Assembly: GCA_965209155.1 (NCBI GenBank)
Contig: OZ242383.1
Location: 3,424,001 to 3,488,000, forward strand
Length of the DNA: 64,000 nt
Direction of reading: 5' to 3'
Source of the DNA: a bacterium
Lineage (GTDB): Bacteria > SAR324 > NAC60-12
Under the pieces are notes generated by a model, which saw nothing but the letters and a program-made list of their open reading frames with translations, was not told the origin of the DNA and ran no database searches. The position numbers and the translations under genes were made by a program. The first letter of the stretch is position 1. Every line of letters begins with the position of its first letter. Shown piece by piece: positions 30,532 through 40,538 of this stretch.

Positions 30532-31278
30532 CTACAACCCGTAACATTCTTGTAACTGCGGGTGGTGAGGCCAGTCTTCTTCCAGCATCTTCAATCCTGC
30601 CATAGTACCAATATCCTTCCAATACGCCTTTCCGATGTCGAAAGAACGGATAGGGAAGATTTTTTCGCTCAAATGCAGGTAAGTTTCAATGATTGAAAAT
30701 CGCCCGGATTGCTCGATCAGGGGAAAAATCCGGTGATGGATTACATGAATGCCGCAGAAGGCGAGTTCTTTGAGACTGCCCCGTGGTTTGCGCAACAGGC
30801 GATATTCAGCTCTGTCATAGTAATGGATACCACAAATAAAATTTTCCTCATCAACCAGGAACTTGGTCCGGCTCATACGGTCCTGGGTGAGAAGCGTTGC
30901 CAGATCCAGTCGAGATTGGTGTTGATGGTAGACTTGCAAGAGATCTGTCGAAGAAAATACGTCCACGTTGTGTAAATAAAAAGATTGATTCCGCCAATAA
31001 TCTTTCGTATTGAGGAGCCCCCCTCCCGTGTCGAGTATTTGCGGTTCTGGGAACAACGTGATTGCGGGAAAAGCAGGACGCTGTTGGACAAAGGTCTCGA
31101 CCTGGCCGGCATAGGAATGGGTATTGATGGCAATCGAATCCACCCCGATTTTTTGTAACCGTCGGATCTGCCATTCCAGTGCCGGTTTTTGCATAAGGGG
31201 AACAAGCGCCTTGGGCAGTGAATCGGTCAAGGGTCGCAACCGGGTTCCCAATCCTGCCGCTAAAATCATTGCTTGCAT
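30532..31278 (-). CDS. Sugar-phosphate nucleotidyltransferase (MurU-like)
   Basis: AMILAAGLGTRLRPLT..PKAL, ILDTGGGL, WKDIGT. Confidence 0.88.
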   Translation of the reverse strand: MQAMILAAGLGTRLRPLTDSLPKALVPLMQKPALEWQIRRLQKIGVDSIAINTHSYAGQVETFVQQRPAFPAITLFPEPQILDTGGGLLNTKDYWRNQSFYLHNVDVFSSTDLLQVYHQHQSRLDLATLLTQDRMSRTKFLVDEENFICGIHYYDRAEYRLLRKPRGSLKELAFCGIHVIHHRIFPLIEQSGRFSIIETYLHLSEKIFPIRSFDIGKAYWKDIGTMAGLKMLEEDWPHHPQLQECYGL

Positions 31279-31379
31279 GGGTTCCTGCTAGTGGGAAAAA
31301 CGTTTGACTTTTGTAATTCTGTATTGAGGCGAGAGGCGAATTGTGTTCGGGAATCATACTTTAGGGCGGCTCTCTTTTC

Positions 31380-31454
31380 GACGTTCGGTAGGAAGCGAAA
31401 TTCCCAGACCGTTTCTTCAATAGGCGGGGATTTGTAGCGGCGTCGCGTACTCAT
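31380..31454 (-). pseudogene. N-terminal fragment of a TIGR04255-like protein
   Basis: GGAGG RBS then MSTRRRYKSPPIEETVWEFRF, after which similarity is lost. Confidence 0.5.
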
Positions 31455-31567
31455 TTCCGTCCTCCACAATCCATTCGTTACGAACTCAGCACAGTGCTGA
31501 GACCGTGCTGCATGCCGAACCGCGCTTGCAGCGATCCTTGCATCGTCGAAATAGATTCCCCGTTTGG

Positions 31568-32023
31568 TCAAAATCGATCGGCGACGATGTTCAGGGCAAC
31601 ACCATGCTCAAGGTACGCCTTGGCTGCCGCGAGAACGAGAGCAAAGCCGCCCGTCGAATCTACAACTCGGTCAATCACGTCATCGGCGTCACTATCGAAG
31701 CCACTATTGACGACACTGACATACGTCCCGTCGGCCCCACGATCTTCGAAAGCCCACTCGACCCGCGTTGGATTTTCCGAATCAACATCCCATTCAATGT
31801 AGATCCGCTTATCTTGCTCCAATGCCAACACGCGAACCGTCGTCGAAGCCTCGTACAGATCCCAGTACCATTTCACCAAGCCATCAGCTACTAACGGCCC
31901 GGAAGTACGGTTAAACCAAAACTTCGTAACCACATCCGGATTCACGAAGGCGTCAAACACTTGCGCCACAGGGCGACGAATGAGCAACTCGATTTTCGCA
32001 ACAGTCTGATTGTCGAGGGACAT
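31568..32023 (-). CDS. SRPBCC / AHSA1-like (START-fold) protein
   Basis: IRRPVAQVFDAFVNP, KFWF, DSTGGFALVLAAAKAYLEHG. Confidence 0.88.
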   Translation of the reverse strand: MSLDNQTVAKIELLIRRPVAQVFDAFVNPDVVTKFWFNRTSGPLVADGLVKWYWDLYEASTTVRVLALEQDKRIYIEWDVDSENPTRVEWAFEDRGADGTYVSVVNSGFDSDADDVIDRVVDSTGGFALVLAAAKAYLEHGVALNIVADRF

Positions 32024-32131
32024 CTGCTAATGGGTCCTTCATAGTTATTATGTAAACCAGACAGTCTCTGAGGATTGTGATAATAATGAAGTTTATCAAA
32101 AAATAAACAACCCTTTTCAAAGGAGACTGTC

Positions 32132-32299
32132 ATGAAAAAAGATAACATTGAATCATTATCAGGCCAAACCCTTTTTGTTGGCATTGACGTGCATAAGAAG
32201 AGTTTTCACGTAACCCTTTCGCACCTTCTTGAGTTTTCATGGAAAAAAGCTTCCCTCCGATCAGGGATTCTGGAGTCGGGCCTTTTTATCAGAGTTAAG
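32132..32299 (+). pseudogene. IS110-family transposase N-terminal remnant (55 codons, not in ORF track)
   Basis: AAGGAG RBS; MKKDNIESLSGQTLFVGIDVHKKSFHVT carries the first DEDD motif (GIDVHK), then diverges. Confidence 0.7.
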
Positions 32300-32312
32300 T
32301 CAGTTATGTGAA

Positions 32313-32580
32313 GGGGCAGTCCATCAAACTCACCACGGGAAGATTAAAAGCATCACAAAGCTGTAGAAACCGTGCTCCTTTATCCGCTCCTCCCTATTGA
32401 TGGCTCCCGCCAGATGGTAGGGATTGTTGGCCATCAATCCGAATGGACGGCCTTCGATTCGATTCAACTCGGTGATAATCCCAATCCCGAAATCTTTACG
32501 GATCTCCTGCACCGAATCGCGATCAGCCAGGGGCTCGATGATATCCCGCACATTAATTAAGGATTGCTTCCTTTCTATTG
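32313..32580 (-). pseudogene. Frameshifted internal fragment of an acyl-CoA carboxyltransferase
   Basis: VRDIIEPLADRDSVQEIRKDFG..RIEGRPFGLMANNPYHLAGAI continues in another frame as GADKGARFLQLCDAFNLPVVSLMDCP. Confidence 0.75.
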
Positions 32581-32681
32581 GCATTTTTGCTAGATTCGTT
32601 AAGGCTTTTGACTTAGTTGAATTCCATACAATAAAGAAGAATAAAGCCTCTTTCAACTCATCCATGAATTGATATTTGATT

Positions 32682-32930
32682 ATGAGTCCGACGATATTGA
32701 TAGATCAAGGATATCGATTTTTCTTTTTCTCTCGTGAAGAGCCAGGAATGCATGTGCATGTACATTCCGCTATGGGTGAAGCAAAATACTGGCTGGAACC
32801 AGAATTAGAGTTAGCAAAAAACTATCAGCTGTCTCGTCGGCAATTGAAGAAAATAGAAAAAATTATTGAGGAGCATTTTGATGAAATCAGAAACGCTTGG
32901 CATCAACATTTCGGGAACAGAAGTGACTAA
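32682..32930 (+). CDS. DUF4160 protein (putative toxin-antitoxin component)
   Basis: MSPTIL..GYRFFFFSREE..HVHV..GEAKYWLEP..AWHQHFG. Confidence 0.85.
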   Translation: MSPTILIDQGYRFFFFSREEPGMHVHVHSAMGEAKYWLEPELELAKNYQLSRRQLKKIEKIIEEHFDEIRNAWHQHFGNRSD

Positions 32931-33147
32931 CGTTTCATCTCACGGTGTGTGGCTATTATCAAATGGAAAAGAATTGTTCATGCCGTATAAAGAATTTCCT
33001 TGGTTTAAGGTTAGTTCGATTTATCAGGTTCTCAATGTAGAGGAAATATCTCCTGGTCATTTTTATTGGCCGGATCTGGATATTGATCTTAGTATTGAAA
33101 CCATCGAACATCCAGAGCGATTTCCATTAAAATCAATCAATGCATAA
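32881..33147 (+). CDS. DUF2442 protein (putative toxin-antitoxin component)
   Basis: EVTNVSSHGVWLL, FPWF, FYWPDLDIDL..IEHPERFPL; overlaps the DUF4160 gene. Confidence 0.85.
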   Translation: MKSETLGINISGTEVTNVSSHGVWLLSNGKELFMPYKEFPWFKVSSIYQVLNVEEISPGHFYWPDLDIDLSIETIEHPERFPLKSINA

Positions 33148-33467
33148 CAAATTATTTAAATAATGCGCACAGATGCAACCGTTTTCCAACCTGGTCTTGC
33201 TAAAAATTTCATTAAACAGCGGTGAAAACTGCCTGAAGTGGGTCGGTCCTTCAATAGGGGCTCAAGAGAAACCCAAAGCCGCTGCCATTTTGTCGTCGTG
33301 AATAGAGCTGTGCCCGTCGTAGGTTTGCTCTTGCAACATCTGACGTGGTAATCGGTAGTTACCCACAGAGGGCACGTTTGCTGCTTAATACTTTCATCGT
33401 TCTCCCCTTTCTTGTTTCTCATAGCGAAATCCCGACATTTTTTCAACCATTTGCCAAACTTTGTCAG

Positions 33468-33540
33468 AAAGATGCATTTTGGGCACCCTCACGCCGGTCT
33501 TTGCCAAAGTGGCCATCACCTGATATTCCCTTTGCACCAT
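33468..33540 (-). pseudogene. Short fragment of an APH-family phosphotransferase
   Basis: MVQREYQVMATLAKTGVRVPKMHL resembles the REY.V...L....VPVP motif. Confidence 0.45.
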
Positions 33541-33699
33541 GCCCTTTAAGTTCAGGCGATGCGTGACAATCGGGTCGTCATATTGGAACTTCGACTAAAC
33601 TGCCTTCTGCCGCTGTCTCTAAGGCGATAATGATGTCTTCAACTCTTCATACTCAAGTTGTTGAATTGGGAATTTCAAGTATAGCAGTAAGTCGCGCCA

Positions 33700-34335
33700 T
33701 TAAAAATCTGCAGTGACACCTGTTAATCTATTTCGAGGGTCGTCGATGATCACTTCTTCCTGAAAGTAGGGACTGAACCCTGCTTTTTGATAAGTATCCA
33801 TTGCACTTGGAGAATCAAAATTGCAGGTGTGCACCCAGACACGCTCGGGCTTCTCCAGCCATGCCGTTTCAACAGTCCATTCGAGAAAATAGCGACCAAG
33901 CCCGCGTCCAATAAATTCTGGAGTCAATCCAAAGTAGGCGATTTCAATCTCATTGTCTACCCTCAAATCCAATTCGCTGTAACCCGCGGGCGTTCCACTG
34001 ACATATAGAACGAAAATTCGAACTTTAGGATTTTTGATGATTTCTTCGAGTTCCTGATCGTTCATTTGCTTACGCTCATACCACATCCACGGCTCGCCGA
34101 CTGCATCGTATAGATACCTGTAGAACTTAACGTTTGGGTCGTGACTGCGTATGATTGACAGTTGTTCAGATCGATGTGACCTGTGTCCGTAACGAGGCGA
34201 TTTCTTCATCTCCAGATGGGTAACTATCATTCGAAGTTTTCCAGAGGGAAGTGCCTCAACATCCTTATATGTATGACCTTCCGCATCACGAAACAAACTG
34301 ACTGGATTTTCCTGATTTTGTTTTGAATCTGGCAT
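33700..34335 (-). CDS. GNAT family N-acetyltransferase
   Basis: FYRYLYDAVG..W, YFGLTPEFIGRGLG, WVHTCNFD..A..YQKAGF. Confidence 0.88.
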   Translation of the reverse strand: MPDSKQNQENPVSLFRDAEGHTYKDVEALPSGKLRMIVTHLEMKKSPRYGHRSHRSEQLSIIRSHDPNVKFYRYLYDAVGEPWMWYERKQMNDQELEEIIKNPKVRIFVLYVSGTPAGYSELDLRVDNEIEIAYFGLTPEFIGRGLGRYFLEWTVETAWLEKPERVWVHTCNFDSPSAMDTYQKAGFSPYFQEEVIIDDPRNRLTGVTADF

Positions 34336-34430
34336 TAACAACTACCACGGCTTCCGGACTGATTTCGACATTAGCATCTTCCTACTATGAAAGCATCAGT
34401 CAAGTCGGTAATGAATAAATTCCTAACTAG

Positions 34431-36366
34431 TGTCTGGCAGAAAATTACAATTTTACTAATAGGAGATGTAGAACTCGCGAGAATAGCCATTCTTGAACAG
34501 GCCATATTTTAGAGAATTGAAGCTTTTTTTCTTTGAGATCCCCACTTTTTTGTTAATCCTCTTTTTTTGGGCAAACCCCTCCCCTCTTATTTTAGAATGA
34601 GGAGTCGTCCTTTGGTTCAGGCCGCTTTTTTGTAGGGTCCTCGTTTACGACGCTGCCGTTCTTTTTGTTGTTCACACAGGACGGTGCCGAGACGGTGGAT
34701 GTTTTTTGCAAGCACAGCCAGAGCGACATAGCGTTCGAACCCCTTGATCCCATGATCCGGACATCGGTCGAGTCCGTGCACTTCCAGAGCGTTGATGGCG
34801 GATTCGACCGCAGCGTGTTGGCGGCGCAGGAGTTTGAATTCCCGGGAATCTTCTCTCTGCCTGTCTGCTTTGCTCAACTTGCCTTTTTTGGGAAGCACGA
34901 CAAGATCCAGCAGTGCTTTGAGTTCACGCTGATTCTGCGGGCTGTGAGCGCCTTTGTCCCAACTCACGACCGCAAGCTCGGGGAAGCGTTTTTTGCTTTC
35001 TTCGACGATTTTCACGGCCACCTTCTCATCGGTCTGCCTGCGCATCACCTGATGGTGAAGGATGAATTGATCCTGGTCCTCGATGAGGTTGACCCTCAGT
35101 CCGAGTTCCACTGGCACTCCCGCCTTGCCCTTGCTGATCCACTCGGTGTGGGGCTCGAAGATGGAAAAGATTTTTTCATGATGAGGGATGGTTTTGTTGA
35201 AACACACCCTGCGGATGATTTGGCTCATGAGTGTTTTTGCAGAGCCCATGTACTCCCGCAAGCGCAGCAGCTTCAAGGGGGAGCGCACCCGTTTTTCCAA
35301 AAGCCCCAGGCTTGTCTGGACCCGCAGGTGATACCCCTTGGCCATGAGAACGTATTTGAGATATTCTTTGCGCCTCTTTTCTTCACGGGCACGCTTTATT
35401 TGCTCAACTTTCGAAGTGGAAGGCCTGAGCTTTTGGATGAGACGATACTGCTTTTTGAACTGCCTGATGTTGAACCGATATTGTCGCCAGCCCTCCAACT
35501 GGCAACTCCGTGAAAGCCTGGCGCATTCTTCAATCGTCTTGCGTACGGCGTCGAAGAGCAGGTTGATGTCGGTCGGATAATGTACATTGGTTTCAACCAC
35601 AAAGGAGTCGCAGCGAGCACGTAGAGCCTTGCTTGAATCATGAAGTTCAATCTTCTCCTCCGTGAGATTTCGGGTTGGCCCATCTTTTGGGACGTTTTTT
35701 TTTACCAGCCCATGTCCGGCTTTGACAACCAACTGATTGATCTCATCAAGAATCTCAGGTGTGAAAAGACGCAGGTTATCCTTGATCGTCTGTCGGTTGT
35801 AGGTCGTTTTATCTTCCCACCCTCCATGTCCGAGCATCTGCCGGATGGTGTCGTGATGGTTAGCCAACTCATGGATGCGGTCGTAATCGGTGTTGAGACC
35901 CAGGCGCAGTACGCCAAGCACCAGAATCTTCCACTGCTCCCCCGGGACGCCCAAGACGGGGGTCCGCTTTGCGATGCCTGTCTTCGTTGCTCAGGCCCGC
36001 TCCGCTTCGCGATGGAATGACCCGTTCCAGAACTTTGAATACCGATGCGCGTAATGCTGGCGTGGTGTATATGTATTGCAAACCGCGAAGGATAGGGGGG
36101 ATGTCATCACGGGATTTGAGATCCAACTCGATGGCGGCAATGTCGACTTCGCCAAACTTCATCTGGGGGTCACGTATGGTGCGCATAAAATTTCAAATCT
36201 TGAAGATTTATGGAAAAACGAAAGAAACCACTCCGAAGAGACTGTAACTGCAACGATTGACCCTTCATGCGAGGGGGGGCGCACTCGGGTTTTTTCAAAT
36301 CTTCGCGTCACAAATATCAGTTTATCATCTTGATATAATTAATGAAAGACTTTTTTCTGCCAAACA
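34431..36366 (-). mobile_element. Insertion sequence (ISNCY/IS5-like DDE), ~1.94 kb
   Basis: Terminal IRs TGTCTGGCAGAAAA / TTTTCTGCCAAACA; direct repeat CTAACTAG at 34423-34430 and 36367-36374. Confidence 0.9.
34617..36186 (-). pseudogene. DDE transposase split by a frameshift near 35940
   Basis: MRTIRDPQMKFGE..SRDDIP..GRPG in one frame; EQWKILVLG..CDSFVVETNVHYPTD..WDKG..HAAVESAIN in another. Confidence 0.85.
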
Positions 36367-36415
36367 CTAACTAGCCTACTATTCGTGGTCACGAAGGCCA
36401 ACATGTTACTTTTGA

Positions 36416-36662
36416 CGGATCTTCACCCCGGTGATTTCTGAGCAATGCCTTGATAATAGTGGGCTAGAGCTTATTTTTTGACAAAAATTGTAGTCACTAA
36501 AAAGTGCAATTTTGGGAAGATTTTCGTTGAATACGACTCAATTTCGGGTTAGAGTGTTTCCAAAATCGTTTGTTCTTTCAAAGAGTTATGTAGACACTAA
36601 GGATTTTTTAAAATTTATAGTAAAATCAGTCGGTTAGGTCTATACTCTGGGGTGAAAATCCG
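36416..36662. mobile_element. MITE family B (247 bp, non-coding)
   Basis: IRs CGGATCTTCACCCCGG / CTGGGGTGAAAATCCG (14/16); direct repeat TTTTGA at 36410-36415 and 36663-36668. Confidence 0.65.
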
Positions 36663-36721
36663 TTTTGACTGGCCTGGTATAATTATGTTGTGAGATTGGC
36701 AATAATCCTTCTTTCAAGGAT

Positions 36722-37801
36722 TCATTTTGCTTGAAGCGGCGTATGTATCGGTTCAGGCGTCTTGATGCGCCGGTTGGTTATCAGTTGCCCGCAGGCTCCT
36801 TGAATGTCCTGTCCTTTTGAAATCCGCAGGGTGGCGGTGACTCCATGATCGAGGAGGTAGTTTTGAAATGTCTGAATGCGATCCCAGGAGGGACGTTTGT
36901 ATTTACTACCGGAGGATTCGTTGTAGGGGATGAGGTTTATTTTGAACTTCAGGCCATGCAGGAGTCGAATCAAGCGTTTGGCATCCGCCATATCGTCGGT
37001 GAGGTCCTGGATCAGGATGTATTCGAAGGTAATCCGTTTTCGTGATTCGAGAGGGTATGCCAGACAGCCGGCGATCAATTTTTTCAGATCGTAAGTTTTG
37101 TTGACCGGCATCAATTGCGAGCGTATGGTGTCGTTGACCCCATTGAGCGAAACCGCCAGGTTGGCTTTCACCGATTCCTGACCGAAGCGGTTGATTTGAG
37201 GAACCAATCCCGAGGTGGAAACCGTGACTCGTCTTGAAGAAAAATTGAAGCCCACGTCGGCCAAGATGATTTCCAGCGTGGTGATGAGGTTGTCGTAATT
37301 GTGAAATGGCTCTCCCATGCCCATGAAGACGATGTTGCGCACCACTTCTCCATGCGGTAAGTCTTTCCATGCCTCCAGGATCTGGTCAATGATTTCACCC
37401 GCGCTGAGATTGCGAATCCATCCCATTTTCGCAGTCATACAAAAATCACAACCCATGGCGCATCCAACCTGGGAAGAAACGCAGACCGTATAATGGTCCC
37501 GGTGGGGCATCAGGACCGACTCGATATGCAATCCATCCTGCAAAGCAAAAGAATATTTGATCGAACCGTCTTCGGAATGCGCCTGCTGGGATCTTATGAG
37601 ACGGCTGATGAAAAAATGCCGCTCGAGTTTCTCCTTTAAGGTCTTGGACATATCGGTCATTTCTCCGAAATCCTCTACCCGCTTTTGGTATAACCAATGG
37701 AAGATCTGTCTGGCGCGAAAGGGCTTTTCACCATGAGTTACAAACCACTCGGTCAGTACTGGCAAGGTGAAATCTTTGATATTTTTTCGTGCAGTTTTCA
37801 T
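36722..37801 (-). CDS. rlmN: 23S rRNA A2503 / tRNA A37 C2-methyltransferase
   Basis: CVSSQVGCAMGCDFC, VFMGMGEP, TVSTSG, INLIPYN, GQDIQGACGQL. Confidence 0.97.
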   Translation of the reverse strand: MKTARKNIKDFTLPVLTEWFVTHGEKPFRARQIFHWLYQKRVEDFGEMTDMSKTLKEKLERHFFISRLIRSQQAHSEDGSIKYSFALQDGLHIESVLMPHRDHYTVCVSSQVGCAMGCDFCMTAKMGWIRNLSAGEIIDQILEAWKDLPHGEVVRNIVFMGMGEPFHNYDNLITTLEIILADVGFNFSSRRVTVSTSGLVPQINRFGQESVKANLAVSLNGVNDTIRSQLMPVNKTYDLKKLIAGCLAYPLESRKRITFEYILIQDLTDDMADAKRLIRLLHGLKFKINLIPYNESSGSKYKRPSWDRIQTFQNYLLDHGVTATLRISKGQDIQGACGQLITNRRIKTPEPIHTPLQAK

Positions 37802-37846
37802 AGGTAAATCTTTGGTTTTTTCTATACCAGCCCGCGACGTGCGGAA

Positions 37847-39025
37847 TCAACAGGTATGAGAAAAGCAAGACTCCATTCGCCGCTTGACCAAAAGCAGGAG
37901 TATGATCACAAGCACCGGCAACGTGAGCATGTTCAACCAATTCCACCCTACCAGATAAATAAGGGTGCCAGCGGAAAGAGAGGTAAGGGCTTGAATACCG
38001 AAAATTGTGAAATCACTGGTTGTCTGGGCTTTGAATCGCTCAGTCGGACGGTAATTGCGAGTGAGCAATATGGTGCCTCCCACAAACAGGAAATTCCAAC
38101 CTACCCCCAGTAAAACCAGCATCATCCAGTAGTGCAATAAATGGGAATGCAAGAGGGCAATGCTCACGCTAACGAAGAGAAGCAACACTCCGCTAATCAT
38201 CACCTGGAGCACACCAAATCGATGTACCAGGTGACCGGTGAACAAGGAAGGTAGATACATGGCAATCAAGTGACTTTGAATCACCCATGCCGTCTCGTCG
38301 AGTGAATATCCATCCATGATGTGCATGCTGATAGGCGTCGCAGTCATGATCAGACTCATCACGGCATATCCTACCACTCCCCCCAGAATGGCGGTGTAAA
38401 AAAGAGGTTGTATCAAAATAGCGCGAATTGGTCGTTCTTCTCCTTCAGCAATATTATCTTCGGGTTTGATATCTCTGAGGAAGCACAGCAGCAAGGCAGA
38501 CAAACAGTAGAGGAATGCCAAACTGATAAAAGATCCGGCATACAGTTTGAATTCCCAGAAATCTTTGGCACGTTTTGCCACTTCCGGCCCCAAATATCCT
38601 CCCAGGACTCCGCCCACCAGGACCAAGGAAATCGCTCTGCCGGTCCGGGAAGAATCTACGCTTTCTGCCGCGGCAAAGCGATATTGCTGGACAAAAGCCA
38701 TATTGCCGCCTATGAAAAAGACAGCAGCGCAAAATAGGAAAAAATTTTCTGTTTGAATCGCGTATGCCGCTCCCAGTGAGGCTAAAGCCGCTATACACAC
38801 CGCGAGTATAAAACCTGAACGACGGCCAATTTTCTTCATCAACAATGACGCCGGGATGGTAAACAATGCCATTCCGATGATCATCAAGGCAATTGGCAAT
38901 GTCGCCCAGGACGGATAAGGGGCTAAATCCGCGCCGATGATTCCACCCAAAAAAATCACAACGAGCGCTCCGGACATCCCCAATGCCTGACTGAAACCGA
39001 GTATGATTATGTTTCGATTGAGCAA
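37847..39025 (-). CDS. MFS transporter
   Basis: About 12 TM helices; QQYRFAAAE, MTATPISM, GWNFLFVGGT. Confidence 0.9.
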   Translation of the reverse strand: MLNRNIIILGFSQALGMSGALVVIFLGGIIGADLAPYPSWATLPIALMIIGMALFTIPASLLMKKIGRRSGFILAVCIAALASLGAAYAIQTENFFLFCAAVFFIGGNMAFVQQYRFAAAESVDSSRTGRAISLVLVGGVLGGYLGPEVAKRAKDFWEFKLYAGSFISLAFLYCLSALLLCFLRDIKPEDNIAEGEERPIRAILIQPLFYTAILGGVVGYAVMSLIMTATPISMHIMDGYSLDETAWVIQSHLIAMYLPSLFTGHLVHRFGVLQVMISGVLLLFVSVSIALLHSHLLHYWMMLVLLGVGWNFLFVGGTILLTRNYRPTERFKAQTTSDFTIFGIQALTSLSAGTLIYLVGWNWLNMLTLPVLVIILLLLVKRRMESCFSHTC

Positions 39026-39034
39026 AATTTCTCT

Positions 39035-40516
39035 TCAAGAATTCTGTAAAATGGAATGACTGTCTGCAGACACAACAAAGGTGTTCTCTTTTTTTTGAAT
39101 GATGGGAGGGAACCAATGCGCAATGGCATTGGCGTAATAGGATAAAACTTCCAAGGAGTCGGGCGCCACCTGGTAGAGATCATCGCGTTGGTCGATCAAA
39201 TGGCGGATATGTAGCATTTTCAATGCGGTGGCGATGGTGTATTCCTCGGATTTTCTGGGAAATGAAATCATGACTTTCTGCGCGATCAAATGTTCGAGCA
39301 ATTGATACACCTGGACGTGAATTTCAACGATTGAAAACCGGGTGCATGGATTTCGCACAAAGAGCGTTGCGAGCAATGAAACCGGTAGAACCGGAATGAT
39401 CTGCTCAATGGTAGCAAGGAGTCGTTGCGCCAGAATTTCGACCTGAGCAAATCGTTGGGTGCGTTCGAGTTGACTGAAATTGATATCATGCTGCCGGCAA
39501 TAGTCCCTGGCAGAAACGGGGATACCAAAGTTGACGCAAGCAAACCCGAAGCGCTGCCATCGTTGTCGCGCCATCAGCACCAGGTTGTGACATACGAAGC
39601 CCAGTATGGTTTTCACGACAAATACTTTGCTTTTCTTTACGGCGTGGGGATCGAGCAGTCGCAAGAGAGTGCGATCCTCCAAAGTGCGATCATAATTGAC
39701 AGCGATGGGAACAAAAACCACGTCCCTTTCCCGATCAGAGTCGAATCCCCGTAGAATGTAGTCGATGAAGCCCAATTTTGGCGGGCAAAGTCTGCCATCC
39801 TTACTCAAACCGCCTTCAATGAATACGGCCTGACAGACCCCCTCTCGAGTCGCCATGTGCACATAACGCTCCAGAACACGCCGGTAAAGTTTGTTTCTGG
39901 AATTACGACGTACGAAAAAAGCACCGGTGGCTTTGATCAGCGTTTGCAAGGCCCAGACGCGGGCCCATTCTCCTACTGCATAAGAAAGAGCGGTGCGTTC
40001 AGCCATCAGGAAGGAGACCAGAATATAATCCATATTACTGCGGTGATTCATCACGAATACCACTGTACTTTGCGGATCAATGGAGGCAATCGCTTGTTCC
40101 TCCACAAAACCGACTCGCACCCGGTAAAACAAACGTGCTACTTTCTTGGCAATCCAGTATCCCGTCCTGAAATAAATATAAGCATTGAATGCCGGAACGA
40201 TTTCTGCTGCATAGTTCAGAACCTTGGCTTGAGCCATCTCCCTGGGAATTTGCTCTTCAAAGGCATGTTCGTGAATGGCCTCGATCACTTTGCCGTCATA
40301 AACAAGGCGGTCGATCAGCACCTGGCGTTTTGTCAGTTGAAAGGGTTTGATTTCTATTGCGAGCAGATTATTGATTTCATCCAACACCCGATTCACTCGC
40401 CTGCGCAAAAACCAGCGAACGCTGGGGAAGAGTATCCTGCTCGACAAGGACCACGCTGTCACAACCAGTAAGAGCGTGAAGAGCCAGAGGGGCATGTTGA
40501 TCGTGGTGTCCATCAT
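39035..40516 (-). CDS. Glycerol-3-phosphate / lysophospholipid acyltransferase (PlsB/PlsC-like)
   Basis: HxxxxD motif NHRSNMDY, GAFFVRR, FIEGGLSKDG; start uncertain (40516 or 40570). Confidence 0.85.
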   Translation of the reverse strand: MMDTTINMPLWLFTLLLVVTAWSLSSRILFPSVRWFLRRRVNRVLDEINNLLAIEIKPFQLTKRQVLIDRLVYDGKVIEAIHEHAFEEQIPREMAQAKVLNYAAEIVPAFNAYIYFRTGYWIAKKVARLFYRVRVGFVEEQAIASIDPQSTVVFVMNHRSNMDYILVSFLMAERTALSYAVGEWARVWALQTLIKATGAFFVRRNSRNKLYRRVLERYVHMATREGVCQAVFIEGGLSKDGRLCPPKLGFIDYILRGFDSDRERDVVFVPIAVNYDRTLEDRTLLRLLDPHAVKKSKVFVVKTILGFVCHNLVLMARQRWQRFGFACVNFGIPVSARDYCRQHDINFSQLERTQRFAQVEILAQRLLATIEQIIPVLPVSLLATLFVRNPCTRFSIVEIHVQVYQLLEHLIAQKVMISFPRKSEEYTIATALKMLHIRHLIDQRDDLYQVAPDSLEVLSYYANAIAHWFPPIIQKKENTFVVSADSHSILQNS

Positions 40517-40538
40517 TCGAATTCCGGTACGAAAAGAG

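Noticed and set aside
31480..33160. Possible integron cassettes (ACCAAAC..GTTCGGC after the SRPBCC gene; GCATAAC at the DUF2442 stop)
   Set aside because: No convincing paired L/R boxes or full attC hairpin and no integrase in the window; cassette ancestry is possible but unsupported.
33156..33446. IS5-like transposase fragment (WVSLEPLL)
   Set aside because: Match too short to support by eye.
34665..35513. 282-aa plus-strand ORF, and similar long antisense ORFs such as 22664-23506 and 12409-13026
   Set aside because: Shadow frames opposite well-supported genes in GC-rich sequence.
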